Shown here: piece after piece, positions 1 to 9,218 of the stretch | Layout of the letters: every line of letters starts with the position of its first letter | Position numbering within the stretch: position 1 is the first letter of the stretch | NCBI GenBank assembly: GCA_050011835.1 | Contig: JBEKII010000001.1 | Location: 238,262 to 276,720 of the forward strand | Direction of reading: 5' to 3' | DNA: 38,459 nucleotides | DNA from: Minisyncoccia bacterium | GTDB taxonomy: Bacteria > Patescibacteriota > Minisyncoccia > Phycocordibacterales > Phycocordibacteraceae | Program-made: the position numbers and the translations under genes | Notes under the pieces: model-generated | The model's input: the letters and a program-made list of their open reading frames with translations, nothing else | Database searches by the model: none | Told to the model about the DNA's origin: nothing

Positions 1-458
1 GAGAGTTCCACCATCAGCCGGTCACGCGAGACTTTTGCGACAATAGAGGCGAGCGAGATAAGTGGAATGAGTTCGTCGCCGTTGATAATAGTTTCCTGCG
101 CATATTCCGGCGGCGCGCGAAGCGCGCCGTCTAGTTGTACACACACCAGCGCGGCATCCGGCGCAAGCTTATTTACCGCGCGCGCCACCGCCTGGCGTAC
201 AGCAAACGTTATGCCTTTCCGATCAATCGTTTCCGCACTCTCAAACTCAACAGTGAAGCGCGCGTCGCCCTTGGCGGCACGCGCCTCAAGCATTCCAAAA
301 ATCTTCTCGCGATTTTTCTCCGACAATTTTTTAGAATCCGCAATTCCGGAGAATTCCCGCGCGACATCAAATCCTTCCGGTAGGACGACCGCTCCAACCG
401 CGACCGGTCCCGCCAAGGGTCCACGCCCCGCTTCGTCAACCCCAAGCATAAATCGCAT
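1..458 (-). CDS. rnhB: Ribonuclease HII (3' end runs off the window)
   Basis: Not in the ORF track. Manual translation from ATG 458: MRFMLGVDEAGRGPLAGPV...DSKKLSEKNRE...QLDG...IINGDELIPLISLASIVAKVSRDRLMVEL, which has the diagnostic RNase HII motifs. Confidence 0.95.
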   Translation of the reverse strand, partial: MRFMLGVDEAGRGPLAGPVAVGAVVLPEGFDVAREFSGIADSKKLSEKNREKIFGMLEARAAKGDARFTVEFESAETIDRKGITFAVRQAVARAVNKLAPDAALVCVQLDGALRAPPEYAQETIINGDELIPLISLASIVAKVSRDRLMVEL

Positions 459-464
459 AGAGAA

Positions 465-472
465 AGTATACT
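465..472. promoter_or_regulatory. Palindromic AGTATACT: overlapping -10 boxes for divergent rnhB and dnaE
   Basis: Reads TATACT on both strands, 6 nt before the rnhB ATG and 9 nt before the dnaE ATG. The intergenic gap is only 23 bp. Confidence 0.6.
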
Positions 473-481
473 AGTTCTATT

Positions 482-3400
482 ATGGCGTCGCGATTCATCC
501 ATCTCCACACCCACAGCCACTATTCTTTTCTCCAGGCGCTGCCGAAGGTGGAGGAACTGGTCGAAAAGGCAAGAAAAGAAAACATGGATGCGCTTGCGCT
601 CACTGACGCCGGCAACATGCACGGCGCGATTGAGTTCTATAAGGCCGCCACCAACGCGGGCGTAAAGCCAATTTTGGGCGTTGATGCCTATCTTGCACCG
701 CGTTCGCGGCACGAAAAAGACCGAAATATTGATATCAAACGTTCTCGCATCGTGCTTCTCGCAGAAAACAACGAAGGTTATAAAAATCTCCTCGCGCTTG
801 TGACGAAATCGTGGACGGAAGGTTTTTTTGAACACCCGCGCCTCGATAAAGAACTTTTGCGCACTTACCATCGCGGCATTATCGCGCTCATACCTTCTTT
901 TGCGGGCGATATCGCGCAGCTGCTACGCGCGAACGATGATAACGGCGCCGCGGCCGCGCTTGCAGAATTTAAAAATATCTTCGGCAAAGAAAGCATTTTT
1001 CTTGAAATCACCCACCATCCGAAAGTCGCAGGGCATGAGGCGTTGATGAAAAAAATCGTGACGCTCGCGCGTGAAAATAACACGCCGTTGGTTGCTCAAC
1101 ATGATGTGTATTATTTGGAACCTGAAGATCGCGAGGCAACTGAAGTTATGCGCCGGATCCAGCAAGGCGCGCGCGGCAAAAACGAAGATGAGGATTTTTC
1201 TTTCATCAGCGAACATACTGCCGAAAAACTTTTTGAGGACACTCCGGAAGCAGTGATGAATTCCCGACTGGTCGCTGACCGCTGCACAGTTTCTCTTGAA
1301 CTGGGGAAATGGACATTCCCCGTTGTGCCCGTATCGCCCGGCTTCAAAAATCATGATGACGAATTGCGCTCGTATGCGTATGCCGGTATCGCCTCGCGCG
1401 CATTGAAAGAAACAAGAGAGATTACGGATCGCATTGAATACGAACTGAACATCATCATCGGAAAGGGGTTCGCGGTGTATTACCTCATCGTCGCCGACCT
1501 CCTTGCATTCGCTCGGCGCGCCGGGATACTCACCACAACGCGCGGCTCGGCGGCTGGTTCTCTTGTCGCTTACCTCATTGGCATCACCAATGTGGACCCG
1601 CTTTTCTACAAACTGCCCTTTGAACGATTCTTAAATCCCGAGCGTCCCAAAGCGCCGGACATTGATATGGATATGGCCGATAACCGCCGCGATGAAATGA
1701 TCGCCTACACGAAACAGAAATACGGTGAGGACCATGTCGCACAAATCGGCACGTTCGGCACCATGATGGCGCGTGCGGCGGTGCGCGATATCGCACGCGC
1801 CCTCGGCCACGCCTATGCCACCGGCGACCGCATCGCGAAGCTCATACCCATCGGCTCTCAGGGATTCCCGATGACCATTGACCACGCGCTTGAGTTGGAA
1901 CCGGATTTGAAAACGCTGTATGACGAAGATGATGACGCGCGCGAGATTATTGACCTCGCGAAACGCATTGAGGGTTGCGTGCGGCACGTGGGTGTCCATG
2001 CGGCGGGTGTCGTCGTTGCTCCGACTCCGCTTATTGAGTGGACGCCTATTCAGCCAGACCCGAAAGGCGGAAAACTTATCACGCAATATGATATGTACTC
2101 CATCACCGACGAATACGGCGGCGTGGGGCTTTTAAAATTTGATTTCCTCGGCATAAAAAATCTCGCAATACTTGCCGATGCGGTCGCGCGTGTGAAAGAG
2201 ACGCATGACATTAATGTTGACATTGAAAACATTCCTATTGATGATGAAAAAACGTACCAAATGCTCGCGCGCGGCGAGACCGAAGGTGTTTTCCAGTTAA
2301 ACGGTTCCGGTATGACCCGCTGGTTGAAGGAGCTGCGTCCGACGACTATCCACGATATCAATGCGATGGTTGCTCTCTATCGCCCCGGGCCGATGGAAAC
2401 GATTCCGCAATATATCGAACGCAAACATAATCCGAAACTTATTCGGTACGTTGATGCGCGCATGCGAGAATATCTCGATTTCTCTTACGGTCTCCTTGTT
2501 TATCAAGACGACGTGCTTCTTACAGCGATAAAACTCGCCGGTTATTCCTGGCTTAAAGCAGACGCGCTCCGAAAAGCAATGGGGAAAAAGATTCCAAAAG
2601 TCATGCAGGCGGAAAAGGAAAAATTACTCAAAGGATTCGTGGAATATGGGAAGCTCTCAGAGGAAAATGCGGAAAAGCTCTGGTCGCTTATTGAGCCCTT
2701 TGCGGCTTACGGCTTCAACAAGGCACACGCTGCCAGTTACGGCAAGGTCGCCTACCAAACCGCGTATATGAAAGCAAACTATCCGGTGGAATACCTCGCC
2801 GCTCTCCTAACTGCTGACGCGGGAGATACGGAACAAATCGCTTTATTCGTCGCGGAAGCGCTCCGCATGAACATCAAGATTCTGCCGCCGGACGTGAATG
2901 AAAGCGGGAGCGTTTTTACCGTCACAAGTAAAAACGCTATCCGTTTTGGCCTCTCTTCAATCAAGAACTTCGGTGAAGGGATTTCCGAGGCTATCATCGC
3001 CGAACGGAAAGCGCGCGGCTCTTTCAAAACTCTTTCTGACTTTCTCTCTCGCATTGGTTCTAAGAATCTTAATCGAAAGTCGCTTGAATCGCTTATTAAA
3101 TGCGGAGCACTCGACTCGTTTGAAAAACGAGGTGCGCTGCTTGAGAATATAGAGACCCTACTCGCCTTTCACCGCGAAGCAACAGTAACGGCGCCACAAG
3201 ATTCTTTGTTTGGGAGGCTTATGGCACCAGCGGCACTACTCATGTTCCCTGAAAGGCAAAAGAAGACAGTCTCGATCTTGGATAAACTCGCGTGGGAAAA
3301 AGAACTGCTGGGCATTTATGTAAGCGGTTATCCTCTTGATGCGTATGAGACACTAGTCACAAAAGCAAAATTCTCAATCGCGAAAATCAAGGAAAATCCG

Positions 3401-3652
3401 CAACCGGGGATGCCGATTATTCTGCCCGTTCTTATCGTCTCTGTGCGCGCCATTCTCACAAAGAGTGGTGAGAAGATGGCATTTATTAAATTAGAAGATA
3501 AAACCGGCTCAATTGAAGCGGTCTTGTTCCCCAAACTTTTTAAAGAACACGCGAGCGCGATTACGTCGGGCGCCTGCCTCCTCGCAAAAGGAAAGGTTTC
3601 GGTGCGAAACGGCGAGACCTCGCTCGCGATTGAAGAACTCAAGCCACTTTAG
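482..3652 (+). CDS. dnaE: DNA polymerase III alpha subunit
   Basis: PHP N-terminus FIHLHTHSHYS, RGSAAGSLVAY, FERFLNPER..PDIDMD, KFDFLG, YGFNKAHA and a C-terminal OB fold. Confidence 0.98.
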   Translation: MASRFIHLHTHSHYSFLQALPKVEELVEKARKENMDALALTDAGNMHGAIEFYKAATNAGVKPILGVDAYLAPRSRHEKDRNIDIKRSRIVLLAENNEGYKNLLALVTKSWTEGFFEHPRLDKELLRTYHRGIIALIPSFAGDIAQLLRANDDNGAAAALAEFKNIFGKESIFLEITHHPKVAGHEALMKKIVTLARENNTPLVAQHDVYYLEPEDREATEVMRRIQQGARGKNEDEDFSFISEHTAEKLFEDTPEAVMNSRLVADRCTVSLELGKWTFPVVPVSPGFKNHDDELRSYAYAGIASRALKETREITDRIEYELNIIIGKGFAVYYLIVADLLAFARRAGILTTTRGSAAGSLVAYLIGITNVDPLFYKLPFERFLNPERPKAPDIDMDMADNRRDEMIAYTKQKYGEDHVAQIGTFGTMMARAAVRDIARALGHAYATGDRIAKLIPIGSQGFPMTIDHALELEPDLKTLYDEDDDAREIIDLAKRIEGCVRHVGVHAAGVVVAPTPLIEWTPIQPDPKGGKLITQYDMYSITDEYGGVGLLKFDFLGIKNLAILADAVARVKETHDINVDIENIPIDDEKTYQMLARGETEGVFQLNGSGMTRWLKELRPTTIHDINAMVALYRPGPMETIPQYIERKHNPKLIRYVDARMREYLDFSYGLLVYQDDVLLTAIKLAGYSWLKADALRKAMGKKIPKVMQAEKEKLLKGFVEYGKLSEENAEKLWSLIEPFAAYGFNKAHAASYGKVAYQTAYMKANYPVEYLAALLTADAGDTEQIALFVAEALRMNIKILPPDVNESGSVFTVTSKNAIRFGLSSIKNFGEGISEAIIAERKARGSFKTLSDFLSRIGSKNLNRKSLESLIKCGALDSFEKRGALLENIETLLAFHREATVTAPQDSLFGRLMAPAALLMFPERQKKTVSILDKLAWEKELLGIYVSGYPLDAYETLVTKAKFSIAKIKENPQPGMPIILPVLIVSVRAILTKSGEKMAFIKLEDKTGSIEAVLFPKLFKEHASAITSGACLLAKGKVSVRNGETSLAIEELKPL

Positions 3653-3673
3653 AGTGTGATATATTCTGCAGAT

Positions 3674-4906
3674 ATGGATGACAAAGAACGCGACCACAAG
3701 AAGCTGGGCAAAGAGCTTGATTTATTTGCTTTTTCGGATTCGGTCGGCAAGGGGCTTCCGCTTTTTACTCCAAAGGGTTCCGTTATCCGCCGCGAGCTTG
3801 AGCGTTTTATCATTGATGAGGAAATAAAACGCGGATATCTTCACGTGTACACGCCCGAGATCGCAAAACTTGATTTGTACAAAAAGAGCGGCCACTATCC
3901 GCATTACAAGGACTCGATGTACGCGCCTATTGAGATAGATGATGAGCAATTTATGCTCCGACCGATGACGTGTCCGCACCACTTTGAACTTTATTTACGA
4001 AAACCAGTAAGCTATCGTGAACTTCCGATGCGCATCGCCGAACTCGCAAAGCTCTACCGTTACGAACAATCGGGAGAACTTATGGGCTTGCAGCGAGTAC
4101 GCACTTTCTGCCTCGCGGATGCACACATTATGTGCGCCTCCGAGGAACAGGCCGTTGATGAAATCGGCAAAGCGCTCGACCTTATTGAATACGTAACATC
4201 CGTTTTTAATCTTGCGCTTGATACGGATTATCACTATCGTCTTTCGCTCGGGGATAGAAAAAACAGTGAGAAATATTATAAAAATGACGCCGCGTGGGAG
4301 AAGGGAGAGGAACTTCTCCGGACGCTTATGCGCAGTCGCGGTTCGAAATTTGAGGAAGCGAAGGATGAGGCGGCTTTTTATGGTCCCAAAATAGACATTC
4401 AAATGAAAAACGCAAACGGGAAAGAAGACACCGCTTTTACTGTCCAATATGATTTCTGCATGCCCGAGCGTTTTGACCTTTCCTACATCGGAGAAGATGG
4501 GCAAAAACACCGTGCCTTTGTGGTGCATCGCTCCTCTATCGGCGCCATTGAGCGCATCATGGCATTTCTGATAGAAAAATATGTCGGCGCATTCCCGCTC
4601 TGGCTCGCGCCGGTGCAGGCAAAAGTATTGAGTGTATCGGAGAAACACGCGAGGTATGCGCTAGAAGTTGCCGCGACACTCAAAGTGGCAAACATTCGTG
4701 TGGAAGTAGACAATACAAACGAATCGCTCGGTAAGAAAATTCGCGAAGCAAAAAAGGAGAAAGTTCCCTATCTCCTCGTCGTCGGCGATAAAGAAATAGA
4801 AGCAAAAACCATCTCCGTAGAAAGCCGCGACGTGGGCAAATTGAACGCAATGTCAGTCGCTAATTTTATAAGTCGTGCAAACGAGGGAATCAAAGCCCGT
4901 GCATAG
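3674..4906 (+). CDS. thrS: Threonyl-tRNA synthetase, short form without N-terminal TGS/editing domains
   Basis: Begins at RDHKKLGKELDLF; LRPMTCPHH, YRYEQSGEL.GL.RVR, AAFYGPKID, VHRS..GAIER and an anticodon-binding domain. ATG 3674 is preferred because it follows TGaTATATT. Confidence 0.96.
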   Translation: MDDKERDHKKLGKELDLFAFSDSVGKGLPLFTPKGSVIRRELERFIIDEEIKRGYLHVYTPEIAKLDLYKKSGHYPHYKDSMYAPIEIDDEQFMLRPMTCPHHFELYLRKPVSYRELPMRIAELAKLYRYEQSGELMGLQRVRTFCLADAHIMCASEEQAVDEIGKALDLIEYVTSVFNLALDTDYHYRLSLGDRKNSEKYYKNDAAWEKGEELLRTLMRSRGSKFEEAKDEAAFYGPKIDIQMKNANGKEDTAFTVQYDFCMPERFDLSYIGEDGQKHRAFVVHRSSIGAIERIMAFLIEKYVGAFPLWLAPVQAKVLSVSEKHARYALEVAATLKVANIRVEVDNTNESLGKKIREAKKEKVPYLLVVGDKEIEAKTISVESRDVGKLNAMSVANFISRANEGIKARA

Positions 4907-4954
4907 TTTGCGTTTTATAGAGATTTAATCTCTGCAGATTATAAAGTGTCTATT

Positions 4955-5887
4955 TTATGGCTGAATGAATTGGAAAGTAGAGAGAACCGTCTTAGATTGA
5001 AGCGTGCTTGTGGGTGCGGAGTCTCCCCACAACCAATTTCCATAATATATTTTATAGTCGTAGCCTCCATGCAACGCAAATAATCCATAATTAGCGAATC
5101 CACCCTCTCGATGTTCAAGAAAACTTCGAGCATCAACACCGCCCAACGTTGTTTTCTGAATTTCACTCATAGATGTGAATTGTGGAAAATTTCCTTCATC
5201 GGAAACAAGTTGATCAATAGTCTCGTTGTTGGCCAAAGTGATATTGATATTTAATCTAATGTCGGGGGCTTCAGCGTCAGGATTTGGTGACGCGAATCCC
5301 ACTTCACCACTCCCTTCGGTTTTAATAAAGTCGGCGTTGATTGGGGTTCCCCAATCAATCGGATATTTAAATGAAAAGCTATATTGTTGATTTGTATACG
5401 TTTTCCAGTTAGAAACGTCAGCAAGCGAAGAAGTTGCGACAATTTCCATCGTCGTAGAACCTGAATTTAACAAGGTCGAAATTGTTGTTGCTGGTATGGA
5501 AGTGATATTTGACGGAGTGGAAGATGCGGTTGTAACTGCCGGCATCGTAGGCATAAGCAAATTAGTTGTAGCCGGAGCAGGCGTCGCAAATAGACCAAAA
5601 TAATAGGCGGCGAAAGCGCCGCCGGCACAGAGGAGCAATACAATGACAACGATAATCGCCAGCACTCCCTTATGGCCGCCGGAGCTAACGGGTTGATTTA
5701 TCGGTTGAGACGGCGGAATGATTTTTTGCGGAGACGGAGATTGGGGTTGGGTTTCAATTGCCGCAAACGCATCGTTTAAATCCTGTTCGCTCCAACCTTT
5801 TTCAGAAAGAGTTTTTTTAATGACGTCTTTCGCAGTTCCTATCCCCAGCTGTTGGCGTATATACGCATTAAGTTCAGGTGTAATCAT
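4955..5887 (-). CDS. Membrane-anchored protein: small N-terminal helical domain, TM helix, Thr/Ser linker, PsbP-like C-terminal domain
   Basis: YIRQQL...KKTLSEKGWSEQDLNDAF, a hydrophobic helix, a T/S-rich linker and WKTYTNQQYSFSFKYP. The PsbP-like assignment is by recall of this architecture. Confidence 0.7.
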   Translation of the reverse strand: MITPELNAYIRQQLGIGTAKDVIKKTLSEKGWSEQDLNDAFAAIETQPQSPSPQKIIPPSQPINQPVSSGGHKGVLAIIVVIVLLLCAGGAFAAYYFGLFATPAPATTNLLMPTMPAVTTASSTPSNITSIPATTISTLLNSGSTTMEIVATSSLADVSNWKTYTNQQYSFSFKYPIDWGTPINADFIKTEGSGEVGFASPNPDAEAPDIRLNINITLANNETIDQLVSDEGNFPQFTSMSEIQKTTLGGVDARSFLEHREGGFANYGLFALHGGYDYKIYYGNWLWGDSAPTSTLQSKTVLSTFQFIQP

Positions 5888-5921
5888 GCTTTCATTAAAA
5901 CACACCTTTCTTTCGCAATCT

Positions 5922-5963
5922 TTACAAATCCACTGTCGCCGACTTCGCGTTTGATTGAATAAA
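5922..5963 (-). repeat. Stranded second copy of the last 42 nt of gyrB (direct repeat of 6463-6504)
   Basis: TTACAAATCCACTGTCGCCgAcTTCGCGTTTGATTGAATAAA versus ...GCCaAtTTCGCG...: 40/42 identical. Encodes FIQSNAKSATVDL* versus FIQSNAKLATVDL*. Confidence 0.95.
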
Positions 5964-5980
5964 CAGCGCGAGGTTTTCCC

Positions 5981-6008
5981 TTGACATCAATCTCATGAAT
6001 GATAATCT
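5981..6008 (+). promoter_or_regulatory. Sigma70-type promoter of cassette 1
   Basis: TTGACA (5981), 16 nt spacer, extended -10 TGaTAATCT. SD AAGGAG precedes ATG 6065. Confidence 0.65.
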
Positions 6009-6064
6009 CGATTTAGATAGACCGAATTCACAAGGTTGAAACAAACCCGGAAAGGAGTAGCGAG

Positions 6065-6364
6065 ATGAGAGAATATCTGGTGTGCATAAGGATTCCTTCA
6101 GTCGGGAAGGATAAATTGATCGCTTGGGGAGATGAGAACGTATTCCTCATCAGAAAAGAATTGGCTACGGATGCTTTAAAATCCTTGCTTCCCGTCTTAA
6201 GAAAGAACCCTAAGATTCAGAAAGCCCTCATTGAGCAGAATAGTTTCAGTCCCGATGAATATTTCACTGGACGCATCAGGGAACTCGAGGGATGGGAAAT
6301 TCATAATCTCTCGAGTTATCTAAATGATTCTCGTTCTGACCATTGGAGCACGTTCAAAATATGA
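6065..6364 (+). CDS. Hypothetical protein (99 aa), orphan cassette 1
   Basis: ORF with its own promoter, SD and terminator, oriented opposite to both neighbours. No recognisable motif. Confidence 0.75.
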   Translation: MREYLVCIRIPSVGKDKLIAWGDENVFLIRKELATDALKSLLPVLRKNPKIQKALIEQNSFSPDEYFTGRIRELEGWEIHNLSSYLNDSRSDHWSTFKI

Positions 6365-6391
6365 AAAATGTGAAAAGAGAATGTCCAATTC

Positions 6392-6422
6392 ACAAAGTCC
6401 CCGCTCCAAAACGGGGATTTGT
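6392..6422 (+). terminator. Hairpin terminator between cassette 1 and convergent gyrB
   Basis: ACAAAGTCCCCG-ctccaaaa-CGGGGATTTGT followed by CTTT. Confidence 0.7.
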
Positions 6423-6462
6423 CTTTCCCTACACTATTTCAAATGGGGGGTCTGAATAATAA

Positions 6463-8592
6463 TTACAAATCCACTGTCGCCAATTTCGCGTTTGATTGAA
6501 TAAAGGACTTGCGCGCGGCGACATCGGTGCCCATAAGAACGTCAAAGATGCGGTCAGCCGCCTCGGCATCGTTAGTCGTCACGCGCTTCAGTACTCGCCG
6601 CGCTGGATTCATCGTCGTTTCCCAAAGCTCGCTCGGGTTCATCTCGCCGAGACCCTTATAACGCTGGATATTCACCTTTACCGGTTTCTTCACCATAGCG
6701 GCTTCTTCCTCTTCGGAAATTTCAATTGGTTCGCTGTCTTCGCTAACTTTTGAAATTTCGCTTGCCGCGATTCCAAACTCCTTAAGCACCGCCTCTTTTT
6801 CTTTATCCGAATAGGCATACGCCATCGCTTTTCCTTTTGTAATTTTATAGAGCGGCGGTTGGGCGATATAGACGAAACCTCCTTCAATAACCGGTCGGAA
6901 GTGGCGATACAAAAGCGTCAGGAGAAGCGTGCGGATATGCGCACCGTCAACGTCGGCATCAGTCGCGATAATAATTTTATGGTAGCGCAATTTTGAAATA
7001 TCAAATATATCCCCGATGGCGGTGCCCATGGCGACGATAAGCGCGCGAATCTCAATTGACGCGAGCATGCGGTCAATACGCGCGCGCTCCACGTTAAGAA
7101 TTTTTCCGCGTAGTGGCAGTATCGCCTGCGTACGGCGATCTCTGCCCTGTTTGCTGGAACCGCCCGCCGAGTCGCCTTCTACAATAAAAAGCTCTCCTTC
7201 CTCCGCACTTGAGGTCTGACAATCCGCAAGCTTCCCCGGCAGCGTCATTCCCTCCAGAGCGCCCTTGCGCAGTACCGAATCCTTCGCCGCCTTCGCTGCT
7301 TTGCGCGCTTTTAGCGCAAGAAGAACCTTATTGATGATTGCACGCGCATCGTCTGGATTTTCCTCCAGATATGCGCTAAACGCCTCGCCAAAAACCGTCG
7401 CGACTGCACCCTGCGCTTCCACAGAGCCGAGCTTGCTCTTCGTCTGCCCTTCAAATTGAACCTCGGGAAGCTTCACCGAAACGACTGCGGTGATGCCTTC
7501 AAGCACATCGTCGCCGGTAAAATTCTCGTCTTTCTCTTTTAGAATATTTGCATTCCTGCCGTAGGTATTGAGAGAACGCGTCAGCGCCGTCTTAAAACCG
7601 GTGACATGAGTGCCGCCTTCGCCGTTATAGGTGTTATTCGCGAAGGCGGTGATGCGCGCGGTGATGTCATCAACATACTGGAGCGCAACTTCAACATTGA
7701 CGTTATTTTTTGTACCGCCTTCGGGCGAAGTGAATTCGCGGTCAACATAGAAAATATTCTTATGCACCGGCGTCTGGTGCTTGTTATAAAATGCAACAAG
7801 CGATTTCAACCCGCCTTCAAAATAGAACGTCAGCGAAGGAACGCCGAGGACTTGTTCGTGGAGAAAAATTGTTTCCGTCTCAAATACTTTTTTACTCGCG
7901 CCTACCTGGACAGGCAGACGCGCATCAATTACCGAGACGCGAACGCCCTTTATCAGATATGCCTGCTGACGCATGTGCGTCACAATTTTTTCCCAATCCC
8001 ATTCAATGCCTTCTTTGAAAATGAAGGGGTCCGGTTTGAAGAGGACGATGGTGCCATGCTCCGAGCTCGCGCCGATTTTTTTCACTTTATTGACAGGCTT
8101 ACCGATGTGATATTCCTGCATATGTATGCCACCGTCTTGATGCACGACGACTTTTGTATGTTCGGAGAGCGCATTGACCACCGAGGCGCCGACGCCATGG
8201 AGGCCGCCCGAAACTTTATAGGCATCATGGTCAAATTTCCCGCCCGCATGGAGCGTGGTCATGATGGTCTCAATCGCGGAAACCTTTGTCTTCGGGTGGA
8301 TGCCGACAGGAATACCGTTCCCATTGTCCGCGACGCGCACATAGCTGTCGGGCAAAAGTGCTACTTCAATATCGTCGCAGCGGCCCGCCATCGCCTCGTC
8401 ACGCGCATTGTCAAATATCTCCCAGACCAGATGGTGGAGACCATCCGAACCAGTCGTTCCGATATACATACCCGGGCGCTTTCGCACCGGCTCAAGCCCC
8501 TCAAGAACGGTAATGGACGAGGCATCATATACCTTTTTCGCGGCGCCTTCGGCGCCGCGTTTTTTGCCTTGTTTTTTCGTGTTTTTAGCCAT
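6463..8592 (-). CDS. gyrB: DNA gyrase subunit B (type IIA topoisomerase B subunit)
   Basis: LEPVRKRPGMYIG, HAGGKF, SGGLHGVGASVVNALS, VEGDSAGG, PLRGKILNV, DADVDGAHI, QRYKGLGEMN. Confidence 0.93.
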   Translation of the reverse strand: MAKNTKKQGKKRGAEGAAKKVYDASSITVLEGLEPVRKRPGMYIGTTGSDGLHHLVWEIFDNARDEAMAGRCDDIEVALLPDSYVRVADNGNGIPVGIHPKTKVSAIETIMTTLHAGGKFDHDAYKVSGGLHGVGASVVNALSEHTKVVVHQDGGIHMQEYHIGKPVNKVKKIGASSEHGTIVLFKPDPFIFKEGIEWDWEKIVTHMRQQAYLIKGVRVSVIDARLPVQVGASKKVFETETIFLHEQVLGVPSLTFYFEGGLKSLVAFYNKHQTPVHKNIFYVDREFTSPEGGTKNNVNVEVALQYVDDITARITAFANNTYNGEGGTHVTGFKTALTRSLNTYGRNANILKEKDENFTGDDVLEGITAVVSVKLPEVQFEGQTKSKLGSVEAQGAVATVFGEAFSAYLEENPDDARAIINKVLLALKARKAAKAAKDSVLRKGALEGMTLPGKLADCQTSSAEEGELFIVEGDSAGGSSKQGRDRRTQAILPLRGKILNVERARIDRMLASIEIRALIVAMGTAIGDIFDISKLRYHKIIIATDADVDGAHIRTLLLTLLYRHFRPVIEGGFVYIAQPPLYKITKGKAMAYAYSDKEKEAVLKEFGIAASEISKVSEDSEPIEISEEEEAAMVKKPVKVNIQRYKGLGEMNPSELWETTMNPARRVLKRVTTNDAEAADRIFDVLMGTDVAARKSFIQSNAKLATVDL

Positions 8593-8683
8593 ACAACTAG
8601 CCGATTTTGGTACTTTCAGTATAGCACAAATTGGCTCAAATTTCTGCTTCGTTTTAGGGAATACATTTGGTGAATAGAGAGCC

Positions 8684-8712
8684 TTGACAATAAATTTAAA
8701 GTATGATATGTT
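8684..8712 (+). promoter_or_regulatory. Sigma70-type promoter of cassette 2
   Basis: TTGACA (8684), 17 nt spacer, TGaTATGTT. SD AGGAGG precedes ATG 8793. Confidence 0.65.
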
Positions 8713-8792
8713 TGGTTAAGATACAAGGGGGTATGGAGGGGGCTATGCGGTCTCTTTCAAATACAAGCCTCTTTGTAAAAGGAGGAAGAGGA

Positions 8793-9203
8793 ATGTGGTA
8801 TGCAATTCTTATTGTTCTTTGTCTTTTTCTGGGTTTCCTCTTAGATCGAGCCATTAGGGAAATTCACCGTCTCAGGGAGGATGCTAAACGTGTTATTCAT
8901 TTCGGGCTGAAAAAGGATGGGCCGACGACCCTTTTTATTATCATTCGACCGAAGGATTTTCAAATCAAGGCCGATGAGTTTCGCGAGAAGCTCTTGCGGG
9001 GACTTGCAACAGAAAAACAGTCGGATGCCTTAGCGTGGGCTTATAGCATTCTTAATCACATTGATTTTTGGTGTCTGCCCATGGAGAGCAGATCAAGATC
9101 AGAGATTCGAGATGCTCTGGCTCACCTTCTGGAAGAAAATGATGGCGAAGCCGCAAAACGATTTATCAAATCTCTGGCTGATGCCCTAGCCAGCGTGCTT
9201 TAG
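8793..9203 (+). CDS. Hypothetical single-pass membrane protein, orphan cassette 2
   Basis: MWYAILIVLCLFLGFLL N-terminal TM helix after a strong SD. ATG 8745 is an alternative start. Confidence 0.7.
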   Translation: MWYAILIVLCLFLGFLLDRAIREIHRLREDAKRVIHFGLKKDGPTTLFIIIRPKDFQIKADEFREKLLRGLATEKQSDALAWAYSILNHIDFWCLPMESRSRSEIRDALAHLLEENDGEAAKRFIKSLADALASVL

Positions 9204-9218
9204 AGCTTGAATGAATCC

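Noticed and set aside
67-871. ORF-track entries 67..474(+), 135..383(+) and 209..871(-)
   Set aside because: These are shadows of rnhB (which the track missed) and dnaE, with no motifs.
7606-8673. 355-aa ORF antisense to gyrB, and similar long antisense or alternate-frame ORFs (for example 18530..19162, 15652..16236, 25968..26561)
   Set aside because: They overlap well-supported genes and are explained by codon bias or repeat periodicity.
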